The position numbers and the translations under genes are program-made. DNA of 60,216 nucleotides from Candidatus Beckwithbacteria bacterium. Its GTDB lineage: Bacteria > Patescibacteriota > Microgenomatia > UBA1400 > UBA1449. The stretch covers positions 1-60,216 of the forward strand of contig JAAZOH010000002.1 in the NCBI GenBank assembly GCA_012797845.1, written 5' to 3'. This document shows positions 17,016 to 26,900 of this stretch, piece after piece. Under the pieces are notes generated by a model. The model made no database searches, was not told where the DNA came from, and saw only the letters and a list, made by a program, of their open reading frames with translations. The stretch's first letter is position 1; each line of letters begins with the position of its first letter.

Positions 17016-17576
17016 ATGAAAGATAGTGAGCAATCAATCGGACTATATGACTATGCCGAGCTACAATCATTTTTAGCTGCTCCATTTAGACAGTTAGAAA
17101 CTAGGCAAATACCACAAGCTCCTAGTAAAGAATTTTTGATGTGGATACCAACACAGAGACATATTGAAGTAGGTTTTGTATACAAGTCTAGTATCTGGTA
17201 CCTTGTAAAAGCTAGTGATTGGGGAATCCCGATTTGGTTAATACCTCCAGATGCTGATGTCTTACTTCATTCTCATTACGAAATTCCCGGACAAGATCCA
17301 ATAAAAGCAACCATACCTAGCGCTGAAGACTTTTTAAATGCTTCACCAACTGCCCATAATTTAATTACTTCAACTATTGGTTTAACTCAATTCCATACAG
17401 TTGATTCCTTACATCATCTGGAATTAAGAGCCATCGCAGAATCAGAAAGATATAGAACCGATATTGATGGCTACTTAAGCTTTCTTGAAAGTCTTGATGC
17501 TAGGTATGAAGTGTATCTATGGGAAGAAATGTCGGATAACCAATTAGCTTGTCTTTTGAAAAGCAGTTACAAATGA
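17016..17576 (+). CDS. hypothetical protein, possible JAB/MPN-like metallo-motif
   Basis: IEVG ... LLHSH ... PSAED resembles the JAMM E..HxH..SxxD motif with an elongated spacer. Confidence 0.45.
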   Translation: MKDSEQSIGLYDYAELQSFLAAPFRQLETRQIPQAPSKEFLMWIPTQRHIEVGFVYKSSIWYLVKASDWGIPIWLIPPDADVLLHSHYEIPGQDPIKATIPSAEDFLNASPTAHNLITSTIGLTQFHTVDSLHHLELRAIAESERYRTDIDGYLSFLESLDARYEVYLWEEMSDNQLACLLKSSYK

Positions 17577-17605
17577 AAATTATCCATATATAATTAAAAC
17601 TATAT

Positions 17606-17818
17606 ATGACTACAGCTACTCTAATTCAAGTCGGCAAAAAACTAAAAAAGGCAAGACAAAAAAGAAGTTTAACGCAGCAGCAAGTTGCCGATAAAGTGGG
17701 TATTCACGTCAGTTATTACTACCGCATTGAGCGGGGCGTTGTTAATCCTTCTATAGAAATATTAGAACAAGTTTGTAAGGTATTAAAAATTAAAGGAAGT
17801 GAGATCTTACCTTTTTAG
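17606..17818 (+). CDS. XRE-family helix-turn-helix transcriptional regulator
   Basis: LKKARQKRSLTQQQVADKVGIHVSYYYRIERG..NPS. Confidence 0.92.
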   Translation: MTTATLIQVGKKLKKARQKRSLTQQQVADKVGIHVSYYYRIERGVVNPSIEILEQVCKVLKIKGSEILPF

Positions 17819-18096
17819 TGTTTCGTGATTTTCTTCTGGCTGCTTTTTCCCTCCCGCTTTTTTAAGATAATTCTGGCTACTGATTCTAAAATATCAGCCA
17901 CTTTTTCAATATTATCTGGCGTAAGATTTTCTGGGTCTTTTTCCTCTAAGCCTATTTTGGCATATTTTAAAGCTACTACTCTACTTTCCAGTATTTTCTT
18001 AAATGTTTGCGAATGAATACACGAGAACTTTTTGAGGAAAACTTCTTCTTGACTTAAACTCAAAGCCTTATTTTTTACTGACTTATTATTTTTCAT
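17815..18096 (-). CDS. small hypothetical protein divergent from the recombinase
   Basis: ATG 18096 (MKNNKSVK...), 93 aa. The longer ORF-track call would overlap the recombinase start. Confidence 0.55.
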   Translation of the reverse strand: MKNNKSVKNKALSLSQEEVFLKKFSCIHSQTFKKILESRVVALKYAKIGLEEKDPENLTPDNIEKVADILESVARIILKKREGKSSQKKITKH

Positions 18097-18192
18097 TGCT
18101 ATATTATAACTTATTTGACCTCCAGTAATCTTTCTCTCTATCCCTATATGGATAGTTAAGCCTGACATATCAATAATTATATAATAATACGT

Positions 18193-19839
18193 ATGGAAAA
18201 TGCTGTGGCTGTCATTAGGGTATCCACTGTAACCCAAAGTATGCGGGGAGATTCACCTGAGGATCAAAAGCAACAGATCGAACGTTATGCTCAGGCAAGA
18301 AGTATCAGGATTAAGAAATATTTTGTCTTCATGGACTCAGCTTCTAAAGAGCAACAGCCTGTCCAGGAAGCTATTAACTACTGCATAAAAGCTCAGAATC
18401 ATATCCAGCTCCTTATCATCAAATCAATTGACCGATTTACCAGAGGTGGTTCATCACTGTATGACTTGATGAAAACTCGCCTTACAAAACACGGGGTTAA
18501 GTTAATCGATTTATATGGTGTCATCAGCAACCAAAGTGTTAACACCTTGGAACATTTAAGTGTAGCTTATTCCTGGAGTGTGTACAATCCTACGAAAAAA
18601 ACCGAGCTTTTAGAAGCCGAACGGGGAAAAGATGAAATGAGGGATATTATGACCCGGATGATAGGGGCTGAAATCAGGTATGTCAGACTGGGTTACTATG
18701 TCAGGGCTGCCCCGCTTGGGTACCAAAACCAAAAAATTGAGACAGTGCATGGCAGGCGGAATATTTTAGTCCCCCACCCGGTTGAATCAAAATGGATTAT
18801 TGCTATGTTCCGGCTAAAAGCTGAAGGTTTTTTATCTGATCATGAAATTGTCCAACACGTTAACTTATCCGGTTTTAAGACACGAAGATACTATGTTCGG
18901 GATACGCAAGATAAGCGCAAAGTAATTGGGTATCAGGGCGGCAAAGCCTTAACTATAAAAAATTTTGACAGGTTACTTAAAAAACCAATCTATGCTGGTA
19001 TCAACTGCGAAAAATGGACGGCTAATAAGCCAGTAAAATGCGTGTTCCCTGGTCTTGTATCAATTGACCTTTTCAATAAGGCTAATAAAGACAAGATGCT
19101 AATCTGTGAGCAAAATGGTGAGGTGCAACTTATCAAAGGTAAAGCCATGCTTAAGCGCTTTGTCAAAAGTTCCAAAACCTATTTGTATCCATATAAAAGA
19201 CTGGTGCTATGCCCTATTTGCAGACAGCCGTTCTTTGCCAGTGCTTCTAGAGGCAGATTGGGCATATACTATCCTGCCTACCATTGCAACAAACGTGGCC
19301 ATTACTACCGTGTACCTCTGAAAAAATTCAACCAAACAGTAATCAATTTTTTAAGCAGAATCAGGATTAAAAAAAAGTATAATTCTTACTACCAAAAACT
19401 GTTTAAGCGCGAATGGAAGCAAAAGCAACAATTACGAAACAAGCATCGGCTGCTAATTGACACCAGGTTACAGGAAATTGATACAGAAATTAAGCTTAAC
19501 CTTGAAAAGGTTAACATGCTCTATTCAAAAACTGCCTTAAGTGCAATTGAGGTAACAATAGGACAGCTAGAAAGGGAAAAGAAAAAGTTACAAGCCAAGA
19601 GAAGCATAACTCTAAAGAATGCCAGGAATGATAAAAACAAACATCCTCAAATTAGTCAGCCAAGTAATCAGATTCCTACACATATTATTAATGACCATAA
19701 TACAGTTAGTAGAGAAAGGCTATTTAACTACCTTTTCCAAACCTTACCCACGTATGAGGAGCTAGAAAAATTTAGTGCCAAATTAAACAGAGAATTTACC
19801 ATTCATCTGGGCCAGGAGAAGGTGATGCAAACGGCATAG
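18193..19839 (+). CDS. large serine recombinase (resolvase + recombinase + Zn-ribbon + coiled coil)
   Basis: IRVST catalytic Ser, SIDRFTRG, APLGY, CPIC...YHC zinc ribbon, C-terminal coiled coil. Confidence 0.92.
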   Translation: MENAVAVIRVSTVTQSMRGDSPEDQKQQIERYAQARSIRIKKYFVFMDSASKEQQPVQEAINYCIKAQNHIQLLIIKSIDRFTRGGSSLYDLMKTRLTKHGVKLIDLYGVISNQSVNTLEHLSVAYSWSVYNPTKKTELLEAERGKDEMRDIMTRMIGAEIRYVRLGYYVRAAPLGYQNQKIETVHGRRNILVPHPVESKWIIAMFRLKAEGFLSDHEIVQHVNLSGFKTRRYYVRDTQDKRKVIGYQGGKALTIKNFDRLLKKPIYAGINCEKWTANKPVKCVFPGLVSIDLFNKANKDKMLICEQNGEVQLIKGKAMLKRFVKSSKTYLYPYKRLVLCPICRQPFFASASRGRLGIYYPAYHCNKRGHYYRVPLKKFNQTVINFLSRIRIKKKYNSYYQKLFKREWKQKQQLRNKHRLLIDTRLQEIDTEIKLNLEKVNMLYSKTALSAIEVTIGQLEREKKKLQAKRSITLKNARNDKNKHPQISQPSNQIPTHIINDHNTVSRERLFNYLFQTLPTYEELEKFSAKLNREFTIHLGQEKVMQTA

Positions 19840-20065
19840 TTGTGGTTGTGGTAGCTCCAGAAGCAGTAACTGAGCTAGAGGTAATTGAAAGCACTCTCTC
19901 AGATTCTGGTCTTTTCAAAAAATCATCAGGTAGTTCGCAATAAAAAGGTTTGGGATCTTGATCATCACAGAGCTCTAAATAGCCAACAAACTTATTTTTT
20001 TGAGCATCATCTTCCTTTTTAACTTCTCGAATTTCTGCTGGTGGCAAATCAGTAATAATGGTCAT
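19796..20065 (-). CDS. small hypothetical protein
   Basis: 89-aa ORF directly downstream of and co-oriented with the PLD gene. Confidence 0.5.
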   Translation of the reverse strand: MTIITDLPPAEIREVKKEDDAQKNKFVGYLELCDDQDPKPFYCELPDDFLKRPESERVLSITSSSVTASGATTTTTMPFASPSPGPDEW

Positions 20066-20089
20066 TTGTGCCGATTATATAACCCTAAA

Positions 20090-20554
20090 CTATCTAGAGC
20101 CAATACACTTTTCGTAATTGATAAACTTCACCATGTAGATAGCTGACTCTTCGTCTTCAATCCGCCTCATGATTTCCCGGCTTTTTATTTGGGATAAAAT
20201 ATTTAAACTCCCCTCCCATAAGATAGTGCGGTCAATAATTGCCAACTTGCGGTGATGGTTACCTTTACAAATAAAGGGTTGCACTCCTAGATACTCAAAC
20301 CTGGTAATTTCATAATCGGCCTGCTCTGCCATAGGTCTACGATGCTCTTTGGGATCTCTGGTAAAAACATAGACTTTCACTCCATTGTTAACGAGTGATT
20401 CAAAAACCGGATACAAGAATTTCATTCTAGCACTGCTAATAAAAGGGCTTTCGATAATAACTTCCCTTTGACAATGCTGTAAGTCATAGATAAACTGCCT
20501 GTAAAAAGTATGCTCATCAAACAAGGCTGATGCAGGTAAGGGATTATTTTTCAT
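20090..20554 (-). CDS. phospholipase D-like (single HKD-type) domain protein
   Basis: IIESPFI, HRKLAIIDRTILWEGSLN (HxK(x4)D...GSxN). Confidence 0.85.
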   Translation of the reverse strand: MKNNPLPASALFDEHTFYRQFIYDLQHCQREVIIESPFISSARMKFLYPVFESLVNNGVKVYVFTRDPKEHRRPMAEQADYEITRFEYLGVQPFICKGNHHRKLAIIDRTILWEGSLNILSQIKSREIMRRIEDEESAIYMVKFINYEKCIGSR

Positions 20555-20660
20555 ATTCCTCCTCGGCTGCCTCGTAAGCGATCATTAATTTGTTAAAAAA
20601 TGCCAGGAGTGGTTCAAAATAATTTGCGTCAACCCCGCTTCTTATATTGTCTTCATATAC
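20544..20660 (-). pseudogene. 3' remnant of a gene formerly coupled to the PLD gene
   Basis: Open frame ..YEDNIRSGVDANYFEPLLAFFNKLMIAYEAAEEEYEK*, whose stop overlaps the PLD start. No plausible start before it meets the PHP gene. Confidence 0.4.
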
Positions 20661-20666
20661 ATATAT

Positions 20667-21413
20667 ATGACTCACGAAAGGCTTTTAAGAGCTGATCTGC
20701 ATACCCATACAAATTTTTCCAAAGATGGAATTACTCCTCCTAATGTTTTTGTAACCGAACTATTAAGGCAAAGTATTGGAATTGTAGCAATTACTGATCA
20801 CGATACCATGGATGGTATCCCCCCTATTCAAGATGCAATCCTAAGCCAATCTGCTGGTATTACTGTTATTTCAGGTATAGAAATAACCACGGGTACTCCA
20901 AACCAAAATGATAAGAATATAGAATTATTAGCCTATTATTTATCTGAACCAGTAAGTTCTGGATTAAATCTTTCCCAAACAATTCAAGAAGTTGCCAAGC
21001 AAAAAGGAATTATTTCCATTCCCCATCCTTTTGAATTATGGCGGCATGGAGCTGGAGAAGAAGTTGAAGCAATAATAGCTTATGCAACGGAGGCTGGAGT
21101 GCCTGTAGCAATTGAAATCTTTAATGCAAGAGCGTTGCCTGGTTTTAATAAGAGAAGTGAAAATTCATTGGCTAGATTTCAAAATACTATATATACGGCA
21201 GGTAGTGATGGCCATCATCCTTTAGAACTTGGCAGAGCTGGTTTGTTATTGGTAGTTCCAAGTAACGAAGTTTATGACAAAAATTGGTTGCTTTTAAATC
21301 TTCGCAATAAACCTCAAGTCTTTGGAGAAGCAAATCCACTTACTACTTTCATATTAAGATTATTGGTTAAATTTGAAAAAAAGCGTCAAGCAAAAATGAA
21401 ACCTCTTCCTTAA
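20667..21413 (+). CDS. PHP-domain phosphoesterase
   Basis: DLHTHT..SKDG, AITDHD, GIEIT, HPF, GSDGH. Confidence 0.92.
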   Translation: MTHERLLRADLHTHTNFSKDGITPPNVFVTELLRQSIGIVAITDHDTMDGIPPIQDAILSQSAGITVISGIEITTGTPNQNDKNIELLAYYLSEPVSSGLNLSQTIQEVAKQKGIISIPHPFELWRHGAGEEVEAIIAYATEAGVPVAIEIFNARALPGFNKRSENSLARFQNTIYTAGSDGHHPLELGRAGLLLVVPSNEVYDKNWLLLNLRNKPQVFGEANPLTTFILRLLVKFEKKRQAKMKPLP

Positions 21414-21464
21414 TATTTACCGCTTTTAATTTCGCTGCTTAAACAAATCCTAATTAAATATAGT
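21318..21464 (+). repeat. 147-bp direct repeat, copy 1 (copy 2 at 23720-23866)
   Basis: Covers the last 31 codons of the PHP gene plus downstream DNA; offset 2402 bp. Confidence 0.92.
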
Positions 21465-21608
21465 TTTTCTCAATATTTTCTAAACAAAAAATCAATACTC
21501 TATTTATAGGTATAAAATTTCATTTCAGCTACTTGTAAGAAAATACAATTAGCCTAAAATAAATATTTCCAAGATAAATAATACGTGCATTCTCTGGGTA
21601 GATAAATT

Positions 21609-22697
21609 ATGACTCAATCTAAAAAAAACATTCTATTTTTTCTAAAATTATCTTACTTATTAAGCTTTCTTCCTTTTCTTGCAGACCTTTTTTCTTATTC
21701 AGGATTTATGCAGAAAAATGTTTATCTTCCACCGTTGGCCTTTTCTTGTCTTATAGTTTTATTTCATATTTTTCTTAGCAAGAAATATAAAATTAAACTT
21801 TCGGAGCAGTTTGTTTCCAGTAACCTAATATTTCTGCCTATAGTTTTTGGGATTTTAGGAGCGTTTGCGTTTTTTCTAGAAGAATTAGGGCCATTATTCC
21901 CAAATTATTTTTTTGCCAACTATAAGATTCATTATATAGTTTTTCCCTATATAGCTTTATCATGTATGCTTTTTGGTTTTGTTCATTGTTCAAAAGAAAA
22001 AATTGAAACCTATATGAAGCAGTTAGTGCCAATTGTTACTTGCGCACTTTGTATTTTTGCAGGTTTGCTTTACTTTTCAGAACCGCTTGTTTATAAAGAA
22101 CTTGTCAAAGAAGATTCAGTAGTAGAAAATATTACAGCTTTAGGATATTTTGCTAGTGGAATTACAGCTTTTATTTTAGCCAAAAAAACCTCCTCTAATC
22201 GTTCTATTGCGTTTCATAAAATTTTAAGCCTTCTTTGTATTGTAGTTGGAATAGGCTTCATTTTTGTTTCCTTGGAAGAAATTTCTTGGGGGCAAAGAAT
22301 TTTTCATTTCCAAACACCAGCGGCTATTGCCGAACATAATCGTCAAGCTGAAATCAATCTTCATAATTCAGAAGCGTTATGGCCTTTTGTTTATAAAGCA
22401 TATCTTGCAATTGGGCTATATGGAATGTTGGCTTGGCTTGTAGATTGGATAAGTAAAGACCTCTATATCCTGCCTAAGAAATATCAACTTTGGAAAAAAA
22501 TCTGTATTCCTAAATCCTATCTTTTTGCAAACTTCTTTTTAATTGTATTGTATGTTTGGCTTCGTTCTCATCATGGACCATGGAAATACCAATTACTTGA
22601 GGAATTTAGTGAGATGATTTTAGCAATAGGAATTAGCATTCATTTGATCGAAGCTACCGTCCATATTTTTGACCCAAATGAACAAGTAGAAGATTAA
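21609..22697 (+). CDS. polytopic membrane protein of unknown function
   Basis: About 9-10 TM segments; C-terminal EEISWGQRIF..TP..HN.Q.E.NLHN motif. Confidence 0.8.
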   Translation: MTQSKKNILFFLKLSYLLSFLPFLADLFSYSGFMQKNVYLPPLAFSCLIVLFHIFLSKKYKIKLSEQFVSSNLIFLPIVFGILGAFAFFLEELGPLFPNYFFANYKIHYIVFPYIALSCMLFGFVHCSKEKIETYMKQLVPIVTCALCIFAGLLYFSEPLVYKELVKEDSVVENITALGYFASGITAFILAKKTSSNRSIAFHKILSLLCIVVGIGFIFVSLEEISWGQRIFHFQTPAAIAEHNRQAEINLHNSEALWPFVYKAYLAIGLYGMLAWLVDWISKDLYILPKKYQLWKKICIPKSYLFANFFLIVLYVWLRSHHGPWKYQLLEEFSEMILAIGISIHLIEATVHIFDPNEQVED

Positions 22698-22702
22698 TTT
22701 TT

Positions 22703-22776
22703 GGGGTTGTAGCTCAGTTGGTTAGAGCATCCGCCTGTCACGCGGAAGGCCGCGGGTTCGAGTCCCGTCAATCCCG
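22703..22776 (+). tRNA. tRNA-Asp(GTC)
   Basis: Acceptor GGGGTTG/CAATCCC, anticodon arm TCCGC-ctGTCac-GCGGA, GGTTCGAGTCC T-loop. CCA not encoded. Confidence 0.97.
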
Positions 22777-22880
22777 CACATCTTTTATCTCAAAAACAAC
22801 TATATCAAACTATTCTAAAGATTACTGCAAGTTCAAACTTATTCTATGTTATAATTAGTCAAATAATTTTTTAGGAATCT

Positions 22881-22904
22881 AGCTGCCACGATGCAGCTTT
22901 TTTT
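22881..22904 (+). terminator. intrinsic terminator-like hairpin
   Basis: AGCTGC-cacgat-GCAGCT followed by a T run, downstream of tRNA-Asp. Confidence 0.55.
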
Positions 22905-22906
22905 GT

Positions 22907-23644
22907 ATGTTATTTGAAGAAAGATTAAGAAAACTGAGAGATTTATCTCTAGAACAACAAGCACAAGGAGTACAGCAAAAAATTTGGGAATTTACGTTAA
23001 AAGAAAAATTGTTTAAAGAGTTAAGAGATGGAGTTAGGCAGAATCCTAATTATGCCGAAATAGCTGATTTTTTGCAAAGCAGTGCAGTAGTTGAAATAGT
23101 TGAATATTTAGCAGATCAGGTTTGGTGTAAACCATTAGTAAAAGAATTAGAAATAGCATCTTGTACCCACCTTTTATCACCAGATCTTTCAGAAACTGTG
23201 GATGAATCTAGTATAAGGATTATTTGCTATGAAGCTAATGCCGTTCCTGCACCAATAACTAGTAAGCAGGTTTTACCAGAAGAAAATATTAAGTTACCTG
23301 AAAATATAGCTGAAGAGACTATTGATTCCGCATCAATTATTCAGGCGGCTTTAGCTGCAGGAGGAATGAGTACTTATAATGGTGGTAAACGAATCTTTCC
23401 TGAATACAAAAAACCTTCAGGAAAAGGATTTATAACTTTATCAGGTAAACATTATCTTGTAGAAACAGTTGCAAGAAAAGAACGTCCTATAGAAATTAGC
23501 TTTACGGCGAGAGTAGACCCCTACACTCAAAGTGTCGTATATGGTCTTAAAGGTTATCATGAACTATTTTATAGTACCCCTGACGAATTATTTGATAGTA
23601 TAGCAATGAGGGTAAATAATGGCGAAAGTTTCGAAGAATCTTAG
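22907..23644 (+). CDS. hypothetical protein
   Basis: Clean 245-aa ORF, no motif recognised. Confidence 0.7.
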   Translation: MLFEERLRKLRDLSLEQQAQGVQQKIWEFTLKEKLFKELRDGVRQNPNYAEIADFLQSSAVVEIVEYLADQVWCKPLVKELEIASCTHLLSPDLSETVDESSIRIICYEANAVPAPITSKQVLPEENIKLPENIAEETIDSASIIQAALAAGGMSTYNGGKRIFPEYKKPSGKGFITLSGKHYLVETVARKERPIEISFTARVDPYTQSVVYGLKGYHELFYSTPDELFDSIAMRVNNGESFEES

Positions 23645-23719
23645 AATATTAATATAAAATAGATATTTATAATAACAAAGGATATTTGTTATAAGTCAAT
23701 TAAAACTGGTTACTTTTGA

Positions 23720-23815
23720 GTTTTTGGCGAAGCAAACCCACTTACCACTTTCATATTAAGATTATTAGTTAAATTTGAAAAAAAGCGTCAAGCAAAAATG
23801 AAACCTCTTCCTTAA
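23720..23815 (+). pseudogene. orphan 3' fragment of a second PHP-gene allele
   Basis: Encodes the identical VFGEANP...KPLP* peptide with 5 synonymous differences from 21318-21413. Confidence 0.85.
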
Positions 23816-23925
23816 TATTTACTGCTTTTAATTTTCTTACTCAAACAAATCATAATCAAACACAGTATTAAAGCTATGCTTCATATTCATAACCAAAGTG
23901 AGTAAGAAAGTTCAAATTAATTTTT

Positions 23926-26900
23926 TTATTTGTGGGAAGTATCTTTTTCAAAAATGAAATAATATACGGTAGGAATAAAAAATAGAATAATAATTCCAGA
24001 GAAACTAAGCCCAGAAATAATAGCACTGCCCACACCTCGCCACAGTGGATCTGAAATAGTAATTGGTACTAATCCCAAAATAGCAGCAATAGAAGTCAGG
24101 GCAATAGCTTCCAGTCTGCTAGCGGCTCCATCAATAATAGCTTCGGTATATGGCATTCCAGTTTCCAAGTTGAGTGTGATCTTATCAACCACCAAGATTG
24201 AGTTTTTGACCACAATCCCAAAGAGTGCTAAAGTTCCAATCATGGCTGGAAAAGACATGGGGATTTTGATAAGACTGAAAACTAAAAGCACTCCAGCAAT
24301 AGAGAGTGGAATAATAGTAATAACGATCAAAGCTTTTCTAAAAGATTTAAACTGAACAATCATAGTTAAAGTGATTAAGATAATGGCGATGATCATAGCC
24401 TGCATGATTGACTGAGTTGATTTTTGATTATCCTCAGTTACTCCGCCAATAGTCCATGAATAGTTATCTGGGAAAGAAAAATTGGTTTTAACATAATCTG
24501 ATAAATTTTGGTTCACATCAGATATAGAATAGCCTTTGGTAATACTAGCTGATACCGAAATAGTCCGAGCTCCATCTTCTCTTAAGATGAGCGAAGGATT
24601 TGATTTGAGTTGTAAGCTGCCTAATTCAGATAGAGGAATATATCCAAGGGAAGTAGGAATATAGAGCTTACTAATTTCTTCAGGTGTTTGGATTCCTGAT
24701 TGTAATCTGATAGTAATATCTTCGGTTTCATCAGATTCCTGATTCAAACGAATATCTCCAGCCGAATAGCCGCTAGCAAAGATTCTCAGCCAAAATCCAA
24801 CTGTACTATTACTTAAGCCATATTGCTGCATTTTAGTTTTATCAGGAACAAAAGTGATTTTGCTGGTGCCGGTTTTGATGCTGATATTTACATCAGCTAT
24901 ACCGTTTTGAGTTTTTAAAAATTCGCTGGTTTTTTGGGCATACTGATCAAGTTGGGCTAAATCATCGCCATAAAAACTGATTTCTACATCACCCCCGGAA
25001 GGCGGTCCAGAAGCTTTTTCAACGATTGCTAGTTTGCCTTTACTATAATTAGTAAAGCTTTTACGCAAGCCATTAGCAATTTCTGCAGAACTAATACCCC
25101 TATCCTCTTTTGGAGTTAGATTGACTGTAAAGAAAGCCTTATTATTGCCAGTGCCAGTAAAGTTAACTCCACTGGTATAAATCTTACCCAAATCCAAAGA
25201 GATAAAAGAAACTTCAGGAGTATCTTTTAAAATTTTAGGCATCAAACTAAGAGCCTCTTTTTTAGTACTTTCCAAATTAGTTCCTTCAGGTAATTCTAAA
25301 TTAAGGTACACTACGGTTTGATCTGTTTTAGGAAAATATTCACTCTCCAAAAAACCAAACCCAGCCAGGCTATAACAAAACAGACAAAACGCTAAGATAA
25401 TAAAAATAATTTTTTCTCTTCTGCCTTTAAAAGCAATAATACTGGCAATGAGATGTTTATATTTTTCGGTAATAGTTTCAAAACTAATCAATCCCGAATT
25501 TAATTTACTTATATTTATTTTGCTTTTACTGGATTTAGTTTTTAGCCAATTTTGACACAGAGGTAGTAAAACCGGTCTAGTTAGGTAAGCAATCAGCATA
25601 AATACTACTAAAGCTAACAGCTGCCATAGAAATAATGGGCTTTGATGAAAAAAGTAAGAAAATGTACCAATTACTCCCAGTGGCAAAATAATATTGAAAA
25701 AAGTTTTGACTCTTGGCGGAAAATTCGGTTTTAAAATAATTGCCATAAATGGCATGGTAATGAACATAGCCACGATAAATGAAGCTGCTAAAGAACTGGA
25801 AACTACAATTGGCATTGGTTTGATAAATTCACCAATAATCCCAGTGGAAACCAAAAGCGGCAGAAAGGCAAAAATAGTTGTCAAAGTAGTGGTGATAATA
25901 GCAATCAAAAAATCTTTCCATACCAATAAAGCGGTTTGATAAGGGGTAAATTTACCGGTTCGGTAATACATGGTCATAGCAGAAATCACCACAATGGTGT
26001 CGTCAATCAAAAGCCCAAGGGCCAAAAGCAATGACAGAAAAGAAACCGTATTTAAAGTAAGGCCGGTAAACTTCATGACAATAAAAGTGATCAAAAAAGA
26101 TAACGGAACAGCAATAGAAGCTACTAAAGCTTGTCTTAAACCAACAAAAGTAAATAAGGTAGCTACAATGAGAATAATAGTAAAAATAAGATCATGCATT
26201 AGCCGGTTAAATTGTTCATTAACTTCATCAGCTTGATCAAAAGTGGAAACAATAGAAAACTGACCAGAATATTTAGATAGCTCTTCCTGGACTGCAGTAT
26301 TTACATCTTCAACCGATTGATTGATCGTAAAATTGTCGTTGCGGTAAACATTGAAGGTAACCGCCGAATGCGCTTTTTTATCTTCTGGAGTAATGTAGAA
26401 CGATTGGATTTGCTCTGGTTTTGATCTTTCCGAAATAACGGCAATATCACCTAAAGCTACATTGTTATTATCAATAGTAATTCTGAGCTGACGAAAATCA
26501 TCAATGGAAGTAATACCTTGATCAATATTGACTGAAAAAGATAGTTGATCTGTATTCACAGTTCCAGCCGGAATAGCATTGAGCGCAGCTTGGACAGACT
26601 GAGCTATAGAGAGTGGATTTAGTTTATATGAGGTTATGGCTTCTGGTCTAATATCTATTTGGATTTCTTGCTCTTCTAGGCCCGTAGTTTCGACTTTATC
26701 AACAGCTGACAAAGCTTTAATTCTATTTTCTAAATTTTTAGAAAACCTAATCAAACTAGCGCTATCCCCTTTACCAATCAAAGCAAAGGTCCAGACCGGT
26801 TGATTTTCATAATCATATTTAACAACCTGAGGAGCTTGGGTATCAGAAGGAAGATTGGTGACTTCATCAATCGCCGATTGAACGTCAGTTTTGACTTTAT

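Larger units (their letters stand above)
4413..20660. mobile_element. putative degenerate integrative element / defence island (ArdC, type I R-M cargo, serine recombinase, PLD)
   Basis: Co-occurrence of ardC-like gene, R-M cargo, XRE regulator, large serine recombinase, and truncated genes at both margins. att sites not identified; boundaries approximate. Confidence 0.5.

Noticed and set aside
21414-21470. Possible convergent gene remnant (L.LI.ICLS..IKS.KY*) within both copies of the 147-bp repeat
   Set aside because: Both copies hit an in-frame stop within a few codons upstream; too short to support.
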